Made by a program: the position numbers and the translations under genes. Positions 18,001 to 36,000 of a stretch of DNA of 64,000 nt are shown here, in pieces. The stretch comes from Eledone cirrhosa. Lineage: Eukaryota. Each line of letters starts with the position of its first letter. Positions within the stretch are counted from its first letter, which is position 1. Under the pieces are notes generated by a model. The model worked only from the letters and a program-made list of their open reading frames with translations. It was not told where the DNA came from and made no database searches. Where the stretch lies: the NCBI GenBank assembly GCA_964016885.1, contig OZ024740.1, positions 19,220,001-19,284,000 on the forward strand, read 5' to 3'.

Positions 18001-21000
18001 CTACCTTACCACCAACACTACCTTACCACCAACACTATCTTAACACCAACACTGTCTTACCACCAACACTATCTTACCACCCACACTGTCTTACCAACAA
18101 CACTATCTGACCACCAACACTATCTTCCACCAACACTATCTTACCACCAACACTATCTTACCACCATCACTACCTTACCACCAACACTATCTTACCACCA
18201 ACACTGCCTTACCACCAACACTGTCTTACCACCAATACTACCTTACCGCCAACACTATCTTACCACCCACACTGTCTTACCACCAACACTACCTTAGCAC
18301 CAACACTATCTTACCACCAACACTACCTTACCACCAACACTACTTGCCACCGACACTACCTTACCACCAACACTGTCTTACCACCAACCCTATCTTACCA
18401 CCAACAATACCTTATCACCAACACTACCTTACCACTAACACTACCTTACCACCAACACTACCTTACCACTTACACTACTTTAACACCAACACTATCTTAC
18501 CACCAACACTCTCTTACCACCAACACTATCTTACCACCAACACTATCTTACCACCAACACTACCTTACCACCAACACTGTGTTACCACCAACACTACCTT
18601 ACAACCTACACTACCTTACCACTAACACTACCTTACCACCAACACTACATTACCACCAACACTACCTTACCACCAACACTGTCTTACCACCAACACTACC
18701 TTACCACCTAAACTACCTTACCACTAACACTACCTTACAACCAACACTACCATACCACCAACACTACCTTACCACCAACACTATCTTATCACCAACACTA
18801 CCTTACCACCAACACTACCTTGCCACCAACACTGTCCTACCACCAACACTACCTTAAGACCAACACTACATTACCACCAACACTACCTTACCACCAACAC
18901 TACCTTACCACCAACACTACCTTACCACCAACACTACTTTACACCAACACTACCTTATCACAAACACTACTTTACCACCAACACTATCTTACCACCAACA
19001 CTACCTTACCACCAACACTATCTTACCACTAACAGTATCTTACCACCAACACTATCTTACCACCAACACTACCTTAAAACCAACACTATCATACCACCAA
19101 CACTACCTTAACACACACACTACATTACCACCTACACTACCTTACCACCAACACTGTCTTACCACCAACACTACCTTACCACCAACACTGTCTTACCACC
19201 AACACTATATTACCACCAACACTATATTACCACCAACACTACATTAACACCTACACTACCTTACCACCAACACTACCTTACCACGAACACTATCTTACCA
19301 CCAACATTGTCTTAAAACCAACACTACCTTACCACCAACACTACCTTACCACCAACACTAAATTCCCACCTACACTACCTTACCACCAACACTATCTTAC
19401 CACCAACACAACCTTACCACTAACACTACCTTTCCATCATCACTAACTTACAACCAACACTATCTTACCACGAACACTGTCTTATCACTACACTAACTTA
19501 CCAGCAACAGAACCTTACCACCAACACTACCTTACCACCAACACAACCTTACCACCAAACTACCTTACCACCTACACTAGCATACCACGAACACTATCTT
19601 ACCACCATCAGTACCTTACCACCAACACTAGCTTACCACCAACACTACCTTACCACTAACACTATCTTAACACCAACAATACCTGACCACCAACACTGTC
19701 TTACCACCAACACTACCTTACCACCAACACTACCTTATCACAAACACTACTTTACCACCAACACTATCTTACCACTAACACTACCTTACCACCAACGCTA
19801 TCTTACCACCAACACTATCTTACCACCAACACTACCTTGCCACCAACACTGTCTTACCACCAACACTAACTTTCCACCAACACTGTCTTACCACCAACAC
19901 TACCTTACCACCAACACTGTCTTACCACAAACACTACCTTACCACCAACACTATCTTACCACCAACACTATCTTACCACCAACACTACCATACCATCAAC
20001 ATTGTCTTACCACCAACACTACCTTACCACCAACACTATCTTACCACCAACACTGTTTAACTACCAACACTACCTTACCACCAACACTACCTTACCACCA
20101 ACACTAGCTTACCACCAACACTACCTTACCACCAACACTGTCTTACCACCAATATTACCTTACCACCAACACTATCTTACCACCAACACTACCTTACCAC
20201 CAACACTATCTTACCACCAACTCTATCTTACCACCAACACTACATTACCACAAACACTACCTTACCACCAACACTATCTTACCACCAACTCTATCTTACC
20301 ACCAACACTACATTACCACAAACACTACCTTACCACCAACACTGTCTTACCACCAACATTACCTTACCACCAACACTATCTTACCACCAACACTACCTTA
20401 CCACCAACTCTATCTTACCACCAACACTACATTACCACAAACACTACCTTACCACCAACTCTATCTTACCACCAACACTACATTACCACAAACACTACCT
20501 TACCACCAACACTATCTTACCACCAACACTACCTTAAGACCAACACTACATTACCACCAACACTACCTTACCACCAACACTATCTTACCACCAACACTAC
20601 CTTACCACCAACACTATCTTACCACCAACTCTATCTTACCACCAACACTACATTACCACAAACACTACCTTACCACCAACACTATCTTACCACCAACACT
20701 ACCTTACCACCAACACTGTCTGACCACAAACACTGTCTTACCACCAACACTACCTTACCACCAACACTAGCTTACCACCAACACTACCTTACCACCAACA
20801 CTGTCTTACCACCAACATTACCTTACCACCAACACTATCTTACCACCAACACTACCTTACCACCAACACTATCTTACCACCAGCACTACCTTACCACCAA
20901 CACTGTCTGACCACAAACACTGTCTTACCACCAACACTACCTTACCACCAACACTAGCTTACCAAAAACACTACCTTACCACCAACACTGTTTACCACCA

Positions 21001-24000
21001 ACATTACCTTACCTCAACACTATCTTACCACCAAAACTACCTTACCACCAACACTATCTTACCACCAACTCTATCTTACCACCAACACTACATTACCACA
21101 AACACTACCTTACCACCAACACTACCTTAAGACCAACACTACATTACCACCAACACTACCTTACCACCAACACTACCTTACCACCGACACTACCTTACCA
21201 CCGACACTGTCTTACCACCAACACTACCTTACCACCAACACTACCTTACCACCAACATAACCTTACCACCAACACTACCTTACCACCAACACTACCTTAC
21301 CACTAACACTACCTTACCACCAACACTACCTTACCACCAACACTACCTTACCACCAACACTAACTTACCACCAACACTAACTTACCACCAACACTACCTT
21401 ACCACCAACACTAACTTACCACCAACACTGTCTTACCACGAACACTACCTTACCAGCAACATTATCTTCCCACTAACACTACCTTACCACCAACACTATC
21501 TTACCACCAACACTACCTTACCACCAACACTGTCTTACCACCAACACTATCTTACCACCAACACTACCTTACCACCAACACTGTCTTACCACCAACACTA
21601 CCTTACCACCAACACTACCTTACCACCAACACTACCTTACCACCAACACTGTCTGACCACAAACACTGTCTTACCACCAACACTACCTTACCACCAACAC
21701 TAGCTTACCACAAACACTACCTTACCACCAACACTGTTTACCACCAACATTACCTTACCTCAACACTATCTTACCACCAAAACTACCTTACCACCAACCC
21801 TATCTTACCACCAACTCTATCTTACCACCAACACTACATTACCACAAACACTACCTTACCACCAACACTACCTTAAGACCAACACTACATTACCACCAAC
21901 ACTACCTTACCACCAACACTACCTTACCACCGACACTACCTTACCACCGACACTGTCTTACCACCAACACTACCTTACCACCAACACTACCTTACCACCA
22001 ACATAACCTTACCACCAACACTACCTTACCACCAACACTAACTTACCACTAACACTACCTTACCACCAACACTACCTTACCACCAACACTACCTTACCAC
22101 CAACACTAACTTACCACCAACACTAACTTACCACCAACACTACCTTACCACCAACACTAACTTACCACCAACACTGTCTTACCACGAACACTACCTTACC
22201 AGCAACATTATCTTCCCACTAACACTACCTTACCACCAACACTATCTTACCACCAACACTACCTTACCACCTACACTACCTTACCACCAACTCTACTTAC
22301 CACCAACTCTATCTTACCACCAACACTACCTTACCACCAACACTACCTTACCACCAACTCTATCTTACCACCAACACTACATTACCACAAACGCTACCTT
22401 ACCAGCAACACTACGTTACCACCAACACTGTCTTACCACCAACACTATCTTACCACCAACACTACCTTACCACCAACACTGTCTTACCACCAACACTACC
22501 TTACCACCAACACTACCTTACCACCAACACTACCTTACCACCAACCCTACCTTACCACTAACACTACCTTACCACCAACACTACCATACCACCAACACTA
22601 CCTTACCACCAACACTATCTTTCCACCAACACTACCTTACCACCAACACTACCTTACCACCAACACTGTCTTACCACCAACACTACCTTAGCACCAACAC
22701 TACCTTACCACCAACACTACCTTACCACCAACACTATCTTACCACCAACACTACCTTACCACCAACACTACCTAACCACCAACACTGTCTTACCACCAAC
22801 ACTACCTAACCACCAACACTGTCTTACCACCAACACTACATTACCACCAACACTACCTTACCACCAACACTATCTTACCACCAACACTACCTAACCACCA
22901 ACACTGTCTTACCACAAACACTACATTACCACCAACACTACCTTACCACCAACACTATCTTACCACCAACACTATCTTACCACCAACACTACCTAACCAC
23001 CAACACTGTCTTACCACCAACACTACCTTACCACCAACACTACCTAACCACCAACACTGTCTTACCACCAACACTACATTACCACCAACACTACCTAACC
23101 ACCAACACTGTCTTACCACCAACACTACCTAACCACCAACACTGTCTTACCACCAACACTACATTACCACCAACACTACCTTAGCACCAACACTATCTTA
23201 CCACCAACACAATCTTACCACCGACACTACCGAACCACCCACACTGTCTTACCAACAACACTATCTTACCACCAACACTATCTTACCACCGACACTATCT
23301 TACCACCAACACTGTCTTACCACCAACACTATCTTACCACCATCACTACCTCACCACCAACACTACCTTACCACCAACACTACCTTACCACCAACACTAT
23401 CTTACCACCAACACTGTCTTACCAACAACACTATCTTACCACCCACACTGTCTTACCAACAACACTAACTTACCACCAACACTATCTTACCACCAACACT
23501 ATCTTACCACCAACACTATCTTACCACCAACACTACCTTACCACCAACACTACCTTGCCACCGACACTACCTTACCACAAACACTAATTTACCACCAACA
23601 CTATCTTACCACCAACACTGTCTTACCATCAACATTACCTTAGCACCAACACTATCTTACCACCAACACTACCTTACCACCAACACTGTCTTACCACCAA
23701 TACTACCTTACCACCAACACTACCTTACCTCCAACACTGTCTTACCACCAACACTACCTTACCACCAACACTACCTTACCACCAACACTACTTTGCCACC
23801 AACACTGTCTTACCATCAACACTAACTTAAGACCAACACTACATTACCACCAACACTACCTTACCACCAACACTACCTTACCACCAACACTGTCTTACCA
23901 CCAACACTACCTTACCACCAACAGTACCTTACCACCAACACTACCTTACCACCAACACTACCTTACCACTAACACTATCTTTCCACCAACACTACCTTAC

Positions 24001-27000
24001 CACCAACACTATCTTACCACCAACACTACCTTACCACTAACACTACCTTACCACCAACACTACCTTACCACCAACACTACCTTACCACTAACACTACCTT
24101 ACCACCAACTCTACCTTACCACCAACACTATCTTTCCACCAACTCTATCTTACCACCAACCGTACCTTACCACAAACACTACCTTACCACCAACACTGTC
24201 TTACCACCAACACTACCTTAAGACCAACACTACATTACCACCAACACTACCTTACCACCAACACTACCTTACCACCAACACTACCTTACCACCAACACTA
24301 CCTTACCACCAACACTACCTTACCACCAACACTACCTTACCACCAACACTACCTTACCACCAACTCTACCTTACCACCAACACTACCTTACCACCAACAC
24401 TACCTTACCACCAACACTACCTTTCCACCAACACTACCTTACCACCAACACTACCTTACCACCAACACTACCTTACCACTAACACTACCTTACCACTAAC
24501 ACTACCTTAGCACCAAGTCTACCTTACCACCAACACTACCTTACCACCAACACTACCTTACCACCAACACTATCTTACCACAAACACTACCTTACCACCA
24601 ACACTATCTTACCACCAACACTATCTTACCACCTACACTACCTTACCACCAACACTATCTTACCACCAACACTACCTTACCACCAACACTATCTTACCAC
24701 CAACTCTACCTTACCACCAACACTATCTTACCACCAACACTGTCTTACTAACATCACTATCTTACCACCAACACTATCTTACCACCAACACTACCTTACC
24801 ACCAACACTGTCTTACCAACAACACTACCTTACAAACCAACACTGTCTTACCACCAACACTATCTTACCACCAACACTACCTTACCACCAACACTGTCTT
24901 AACACCAACACTACCTTACCATCAACACTAACTTAAGACCAACACTACATTACCACCAACACTACCTTACCACCAACACTACCTTTCCACCAACACTGTC
25001 TTACCACCAACACTACCTTACCACCAACAGTACCTTACCACCAACACTACCTTACCACCAACACTACCTTACCACTAACACTATCTTTCCACCAACACTA
25101 CCTTACCACCAACACTATCTTACCACCAACACTACCTTACCACTAACACTACCTTACCACCAACACTACCTTACCACCAACACTACCTTACCACTAACCC
25201 TACCTTACCACCAACTCTACCTTACCACCAACACTATCTTTCCACCAACTCTATCTTACCACCAACCGTACCTTACCACAAACACTACCTTACCAGCAAC
25301 ACTACCTTACCACCAACACTGTCTTACCACCAACACTACCTTACCACCAACACTGTCTTACCACCAACACTACCTTAAGACCAACACTACATTACCACAA
25401 ACACTACCTTACCACCAACACTACCTTACCACCAACACTACCTTACCAACAACACTACCTTACCACCAACACTACCTTACTACCAACCAACACTACCTTA
25501 CCACCAACACTACCTTACCACCAACACTACCTTACCACCAACATTACCTTACCACCAACACTACCTTACCACTAACACTACCTTACCACTAACACTACCT
25601 TAGCACCAACTCTACCTTACCACCAAGACTACCTTACCACCAACACTACCTTACCACCAACACTATCTTACCACAAACACTACCTTACCACCAACACTAT
25701 CTTACCACCAACACTATCTTACCACCTACACTACCTTACCACCAACACTATCTTACCACCAACACTACCTTACCACCAACACTATCTTACCACCAACGCT
25801 ATCTTACCACCAACACTACCTTACCACCAACACTACCTTACCACCAACACTACCTTACCACCAACACTACCTTACCACCAACACTATCTTACCACCAACA
25901 CTACCTTACCACCAACACTATCTTACCACCAACACTACATTACCACCAACACTACCTTATCACCAACACTGTCTTACCACCAACACTACCTTAGCACCAA
26001 CACTACCTTACCACCAACACTACCTTACCACCAACACTATCTTACCACCAACACTACCTTACCACCAACACTGCCTAACCACCAACACTATCTTACCACC
26101 AACACTACCTAACCACCAACACTGTCTTACCACCAACACTACATTACCACAAACACTACCTTAACACCAACACTATCTTACCACCAACACTATCTTACCA
26201 CCAACACTACCTAACCACCAACACTGTCTTACCACCAACACTACCTTAGCACCAACACTACATTACCACCAACACTACCTTACCACCAACACTACCTTAC
26301 CACCAACACTATCTTACCACCAACACTATCTTACCACCAACACTACCTAACCACCCACACTGTCTTACCAACAACACTATCTTACCACCAACACTATCTT
26401 ACCACCGACACGATCTTACCACCAACACTGTCTTACCACCAACACTATCTTACCACCATCACTACCTTACCACCAACACTACCTTACCACCAACACTACC
26501 TTACCACCAACACTATCTTAACACCAACACTGTCTTACCACCAACACTATCTTACCACCCACACTGTCTTACCAACAACACTATCTGACCACCAACACTA
26601 TCTTCCACCAACACTATCTTACCACCAACACTATCTTACCACCATCACTACCTTACCACCAACACTATCTTACCACCAACACTGCCTTACCACCAACACT
26701 GTCTTACCACCAATACTACCTTACCGCCAACACTATCTTACCACCCACACTGTCTTACCACCAACACTACCTTAGCACCAACACTATCTTACCACCAACA
26801 CTACCTTACCACCAACACTACTTGCCACCGACACTACCTTACCACCAACACTGTCTTACCACCAACCCTATCTTACCACCAACAATACCTTATCACCAAC
26901 ACTACCTTACCACTAACACTACCTTACCACCAACACTACCTTACCACTTACACTACTTTAACACCAACACTATCTTACCACCAACACTCTCTTACCACCA

Positions 27001-30000
27001 ACACTATCTTACCACCAACACTATCTTACCACCAACACTACCTTACCACCAACACTGTGTTACCACCAACACTACCTTACAACCTACACTACCTTACCAC
27101 TAACACTACCTTACCACCAACACTACATTACCACCAACACTACCTTACCACCAACACTGTCTTACCACCAACACTACCTTACCACCTAAACTACCTTACC
27201 ACTAACACTACCTTACAACCAACACTACCATACCACCAACACTACCTTACCACCAACACTATCTTATCACCAACACTACCTTACCACCAACACTACCTTG
27301 CCACCAACACTGTCCTACCACCAACACTACCTTAAGACCAACACTACATTACCACCAACACTACCTTACCACCAACACTACCTTACCACCAACACTACCT
27401 TACCACCAACACTACTTTACACCAACACTACCTTATCACAAACACTACTTTACCACCAACACTATCTTACCACCAACACTACCTTACCACCAACACTATC
27501 TTACCACTAACAGTATCTTACCACCAACACTATCTTACCACCAACACTACCTTAAAACCAACACTACCATACCACCAACACTACCTTAACACACACACTA
27601 CATTACAACCTACACTACCTTACCACCAACACTGTCTTACCACCAACACTACCTTACCACCAACACTGTCTTACCACCAACACTATATTACCACCAACAC
27701 TATATTACCACCAACACTACATTAACACCTACACTACCTTACCACCAACACTACCTTACCACGAACACTATCTTACCACCAACATTGTCTTAAAACCAAC
27801 ACTACCTTACCACCAACACTACCTTACCACCAACACTAAATTCCCACCTACACTACCTTACCACCAACACTATCTTACCACCAACACAACCTTACCACTA
27901 ACACTACCTTTCCATCATCACTAACTTACAACCAACACTATCTTACCACGAACACTGTCTTATCACTACACTAACTTACCAGCAACAGAACCTTACCACC
28001 AACACTACCTTACCACCAACACAACCTTACCACCAAACTACCTTACCACCTACACTAGCATACCACGAACACTATCTTACCACCATCAGTACCTTACCAC
28101 CAACACTAGCTTACCACCAACACTACCTTACCACTAACACTATCTTAACACCAACAATACCTGACCACCAACACTGTCTTACCACCAACACTACCTTACC
28201 ACCAACACTACCTTATCACAAACACTACTTTACCACCAACACTATCTTACCACTAACACTACCTTACCACCAACGCTATCTTACCACCAACACTATCTTA
28301 CCACCAACACTACCTTGCCACCAACACCGTCTTACCACCAACACTAACTTTCCACCAACACTGTCTTACCACCAACACTACCTTACCACCAACACTGTCT
28401 TACCACAAACACTACCTTACCACCAACACTATCTTACCACCAACACTATCTTACCACCAACACTACCATACCATCAACATTGTCTTACCACCAACACTAC
28501 CTTACCACCAACACTATCTTACCACCAACACTGTTTAACTACCAACACTACCTTACCACCAACACTACCTTACCACCAACACTAGCTTACCACCAACACT
28601 ACCTTACCACCAACACTGTCTTACCACCAATATTACCTTACCACCAACACTATCTTACCACCAACACTACCTTACCACCAACACTATCTTACCACCAACT
28701 CTATCTTACCACCAACACTACATTACCACAAACACTACCTTACCACCAACACTATCTTACCACCAACTCTATCTTACCACCAACACTACATTACCACAAA
28801 CACTACCTTACCACCAACACTGTCTTACCACCAACATTACCTTACCACCAACACTATCTTACCACCAACACTACCTTACCACCAACTCTATCTTACCACC
28901 AACACTACATTACCACAAACACTACCTTACCACCAACTCTATCTTACCACCAACACTACATTACCACAAACACTACCTTACCACCAACACTATCTTACCA
29001 CCAACACTACCTTAAGACCAACACTACATTACCACCAACACTACCTTACCACCAACACTATCTTACCACCAACACTACCTTACCACCAACACTATCTTAC
29101 CACCAACTCTATCTTACCACCAACACTACATTACCACAAACACTACCTTACCACCAACACTATCTTACCACCAACACTACCTTACCACCAACACTGTCTG
29201 ACCACAAACACTGTCTTACCACCAACACTACCTTACCACCAACACTAGCTTACCACCAACACTACCTTACCACCAACACTGTCTTACCACCAACATTACC
29301 TTACCACCAACACTATCTTACCACCAACACTACCTTACCACCAACACTATCTTACCACCAGCACTACCTTACCACCAACACTGTCTGACCACAAACACTG
29401 TCTTACCACCAACACTACCTTACCACCAACACTAGCTTACCAAAAACACTACCTTACCACCAACACTGTTTACCACCAACATTACCTTACCTCAACACTA
29501 TCTTACCACCAAAACTACCTTACCACCAACACTATCTTACCACCAACTCTATCTTACCACCAACACTACATTACCACAAACACTACCTTACCACCAACAC
29601 TACCTTAAGACCAACACTACATTACCACCAACACTACCTTACCACCAACACTACCTTACCACCGACACTACCTTACCACCGACACTGTCTTACCACCAAC
29701 ACTACCTTACCACCAACACTACCTTACCACCAACATAACCTTACCACCAACACTACCTTACCACCAACACTACCTTACCACTAACACTACCTTACCACCA
29801 ACACTACCTTACCACCAACACTACCTTACCACCAACACTAACTTACCACCAACACTAACTTACCACCAACACTACCTTACCACCAACACTAACTTACCAC
29901 CAACACTGTCTTACCACGAACACTACCTTACCAGCAACATTATCTTCCCACTAACACTACCTTACCACCAACACTATCTTACCACCAACACTACCTTACC

Positions 30001-33000
30001 ACCAACACTGTCTTACCACCAACACTATCTTACCACCAACACTACCTTACCACCAACACTGTCTTACCACCAACACTACCTTACCACCAACACTACCTTA
30101 CCACCAACACTACCTTACCACCAACCCTACCTTACCACTAACACTACCTTACCACCAACACTAGCATACCACCAACACTACCTTACCACCAACACTATCT
30201 TTCCACCAACACTACCTTACCACCAACACTACCTTACCACCAACACTGTCTTACCACCAACACTACCTTAGCACCAACACTACCTTACCACCAACACTAC
30301 CTTACCACCAACACTATCTTACCACCAACACTACCTTACCACCAACACTACCTAACCACCAACACTGTCTTACCACCAACACTACCTAACCACCAACACT
30401 GTCTTACCACCAACACTACATTACCACCAACACTACCTTACCACCAACACTATCTTACCACCAACACTACCTAACCACCAACACTGTCTTACCACCAACA
30501 CTACATTACCACCAACACTACCTTACCACCAACACTACCTTACCACCAACACTATCTTACCACCAACACTACCTAACCACCAACACTGTCTTACCACCAA
30601 CACTACCTTACCACCAACACTACCTAACCACCAACACTGTCTTACCACCAACACTACATTACCACCAACACTACCTAACCACCAACACTGTCTTACCACC
30701 AACACTACCTAACCACCAACACTGTCTTACCACCAACACTACATTACCACCAACACTACCTTAGCACCAACACTATCTTACCACCAACACAATCTTACCA
30801 CCGACACTACCGAACCACCCACACTGTCTTACCAACAACACTATCTTACCACCAACACTATCTTACCACCGACACTATCTTACCACCAACACTGTCTTAC
30901 CACCAACACTATCTTACCACCATCACTACCTCACCACCAACACTACCTTACCACCAACACTACCTTACCACCAACACTATCTTACCACCAACACTGTCTT
31001 ACCACCAACACTATCTTACCACCCACACTGTCTTACCAACAACACTAACTTACCACCAACACTATCTTACCACCAACACTATCTTACCACCAACACTATC
31101 TTACCACCAACACTACCTTACCACCAACACTACCTTGCCACCGACACTACCTTACCACCAACACTAATTTACCACCAACACTATCTTACCACCAACACTG
31201 TCTTACCATCAACATTACCTTAGCACCAACACTATCTTAGCACCAACACTACCTTACCACCAACACTGTCTTACCACCAACACTACCTTACCACCAACAC
31301 TACCTTACCTCCAACACTGTCTTACCACCAACACTACCTTACCACCAACACTACCTTACCACCAACACTACCTTACCACTAACACTACCTTAGCACCAAG
31401 TCTACCTTACCACCAACACTACCTTACCACCAACACTACCTTACCACCAAAACTATCTTACCACAAACACTACCTTACCACCAACACTATCTTACCACCA
31501 ACACTATCTTACCACCTACACTACCTTACCACCAACACTATCTTACCACCAACACTACCTTACCACCAACACTATCTTACCACCAACTCTACCTTACCAC
31601 CAACACTATCTTACCACCAACACTGTCTTACTAACATCACTATCTTACCACCAACACTATCTTACCACCAACACTACCTTACCACCAACACTGTCTTACC
31701 AACAACACTACCTTACAAACCAACACTGTCTTACCACCAACACTATCTTACCACCAACACTACCTTACCACCAACACTGTCTTAACACCAACACTACCTT
31801 ACCATCAACACTAACTTAAGACCAACACTACATTACCACCAACACTACCTTACCACCAACACTACCTTTCCACCAACACTGTCTTACCACCAACACTACC
31901 TTACCACCAACAGTACCTTACCACCAACACTACCTTACCACCAACACTACCTTACCACTAACACTATCTTTCCACCAACACTACCTTACCACCAACTCTA
32001 TCTTACCACCAACACTACCTTACCACTAACACTACCTTACCACCAACACTACCTTACCACCAACACTACCTTACCACTAACCCTACCTTACCACCAACTC
32101 TACCTTACCACCAACACTATCTTTCCACCAACTCTATCTTACCACCAACCGTACCTTACCACAAACACTACCTTACCAGCAACACTACCTTACCACCAAC
32201 ACTGTCTTACCACCAACACTACCTTACCACCAACACTGTCTTACCACCAACACTACCTTAAGACCAACACTACATTACCACAAACACTACCTTACCACCA
32301 ACACTACCTTACCACCAACACTACCTTACCAACAACACTACCTTACCACCAACACTACCTTACCACCAACACTACCTTACTACCAACCAACACTAACTTA
32401 CCACCAACACTACCTTACCACCAACACTACCTTACCACCAACATTACCTTACCACCAACACTACCTTACCACTAACACTACCTTACCACTAACACTACCT
32501 TAGCACCAACTCTACCTTACCACCAAGACTACCTTACCACCAACACTACCTTACCACCAACACTATCTTACCACAAACACTACCTTACCACCAACACTAT
32601 CTTACCACCAACACTATCTTACCACCAACACTACCTTACCACCAACACTATCTTACCACCAACGCTACCTGACCACCAACACTATCTTACCACCAACACT
32701 GTCTTACTAACATCACTATCTTACCACCAACACTATCTTACCACCAACACTACCTTACCACCATCACTGTCTTACCAACAACACTACCTTACAAACCAAC
32801 ACTGTCTTACCACCAACACTATCTTACCACCAACACTACCTTACCACCAACACTGTCTTAACACCAACACTACCTTACCACTAACACTACCTTACCACCA
32901 ACACTACCTTACCACCTACACTACCTTACCACCCACACTACCTTACCACCAACACTGTCTTACCACCAACACTACCTTACCACCTACACTACCTTACCAC

Positions 33001-36000
33001 TAACACTACCTTACCACCAACACTACCTTACCACCAACACTATCTTACCACCAACACTATCTTACCACAAACACTACCTTACCACCAACACTATCTTACC
33101 ACAAACACTACCTTACCATCAACACTAACTTACCACCAACACTGTCTTACCACCAACACAGTCTTACCACCAACACAGTCTTACCACCAACACTACCTTA
33201 CCACCAACACTACCTTACCACAAACACTACCTTACCACCAACACTGTCTTACCACGAACACTACCTTACCACCAACACTATCTTACCACCAACACTATCT
33301 TACCACAAACACTACCTTACCACCAACACTATCTTACCACCAACACTATCTTACCACAAACACTACCTTACCATCAACACTAACTTACCACCAACACTGT
33401 CTTACCACCAACACAGTCTTACCACCAACACTACCTTACCACCAACACTACCTTACCACAAACACTACCTTACCACCAACACTGTCTTACCACGAACACT
33501 ACCTTACCACCAACACTATCTTACCACCAACACTATCTTACCACAAACACTACCTTACCACCAACACTATCTTACCACCAACACTATCTTACCACAAACA
33601 CTACCTTACCATCAACACTAACTTACCACCAACACTGTCTTACCACCAACACAGTCTTACCACCAACACTACCTTACCACCAACACTACCTTACCACCAA
33701 CACTACCTTACCACCAACACTGTCTTACCACGAACACTACCTTACCACCAACACTACCTTACCACCAACACTGTCTTACCACCAACACTACCTTACCAAC
33801 AACACTGTCTTACCACCAACACTACCTTACCACCAACACTACCATACCAACAACACTACCTTACCACCAACACTATCTAACCACCAACACTACCTTACCA
33901 CCAACACTATCTAACCACCAACACTACCTTACCACCAACACTACTTTGCCACCAACACTGTCTTACCATCAACACTACCTTAAGACCAACACTACATTAC
34001 CACCAACACTACTTTACCACCAACTCTGCCTTACCACCAACACTACCTTACCACTAACACTACCTTACCACCAACACTACCTTACCACCAACACTAACTT
34101 ACCACCAACACTGCCTTGCCACCAACACTACCTTATCACAAACACTACTTTACCACCAACACTATCTTACCACCAACACTACCTTACCACCAACACTATC
34201 TTACCACTAACACTATCTTACCACCAACACTATCTTACCACCAACATTACCTTACCACCAACACTGTCCTACCACCAACACTACCTTACCACCAACACTC
34301 TCTTACCACCAACACTACCTTACCACCAACACTACCTTACCACCAACACTAGCTTACGACCAACACTACCTTACCACCAACACTATCTTACCACCAACAC
34401 TACCTTAACACCAACACTATCTTACCACCAACACTGTTTAACCACCAACACTACCTTAAGACCAACACTATGTTACCACCAACACTAGCTTACCACCAAC
34501 ACTACCTTACCACCAACACTAACTTACCACCAACACTGTCTTACCACCAACACTACCTTACCACCAACACTAGCTTACCACCAACACTACTTTACCACCA
34601 ACACTGTCTTACCACCAACATTACCTTACCACCAACACTATCTTACCACCAACACTACCTTACCACCAACACTACCTTACCACCAACACTAACTTACCAC
34701 CAACACTACCTTACCACCAACACTATCTTACCACCAACTCTATCTTACCACCAACACTACATTACCACAAACACTACCTTACCACCAACACTACCTTAAG
34801 ACCAACACTACATTACCACCAACACTACCTTACCACCAACACTACCTTACCACCGACACTACCTTACCACCGACACTGTCTTACCACCAACACTACCTTA
34901 CCACCAACACTACCTTACCACCAACACTACCTTACCACTAACACTACCTTACCACCAACACTACCTTACCACCAACACTACCTTACCACCAACACTAACT
35001 TACCACCAACACTACCTTACCACCAACACTAACTTACCACCAACACTGTCTTACCACGAACACTACCTTACCAGCAACACTATCTTACCACCAACACTAC
35101 CTTACCACCAACACTATCTTACCACCAACACTACCTTACCACCTACACTACCTTACCACCAACTCTATCTTACCACCAACTCTATCTTACCACCAACACT
35201 ACCTTACCACCAATACTATCTTACCACCAACTCTATCTTACCACCAACACTACATTACCACAAACACTACCTTACCAGCAACTCTACCTTACCACCAACA
35301 CTGTCTTACCACCAACACTATCTTACCACCAACACTACCTTACCACCAACACTACCTTACCACCAACACTAACTTACCACCAACACTAACTTACCACCAA
35401 CACTACCTTACCACCAACACTAACTTACCACCAACACTGTCTTACCACGAACACTACCTTACCAGCAACACTATCTTACCACCAACACTACCTTACCACC
35501 AACACTATCTTACCACCAACACTACCTTACCACCTACACTACCTTACCACCAACTCTATCTTACCACCAACTCTATGTAACCACCAACACTACCTTACCA
35601 CCAACACTACCTTACCACCAACTCTATCTTACCACCAACACTACATTACCACAAACACTACCTTACCAGCAACACTACCTTACCACCAACACTGTCTTAC
35701 CACCAACACTATCTTACCACCAACACTACCTTACCACCAACACTACCTTACCACCAACACTACCTTACCACCAACACTGTCTTACCACCAACACTACCTT
35801 ACCACCAACACTACCTTACCACCAACACTACCTTACCACCAACCCTACCTTACCACTAAACACTACCTTACCACCAACACTACCATACCACCAACACTAC
35901 CTTACCACCAACACTATCTTTCCACCAACACTACCTTACCACCAACACTACCTTACCACCAACACTGTCTTACCACCAACACTACCTTAGCACCAACACT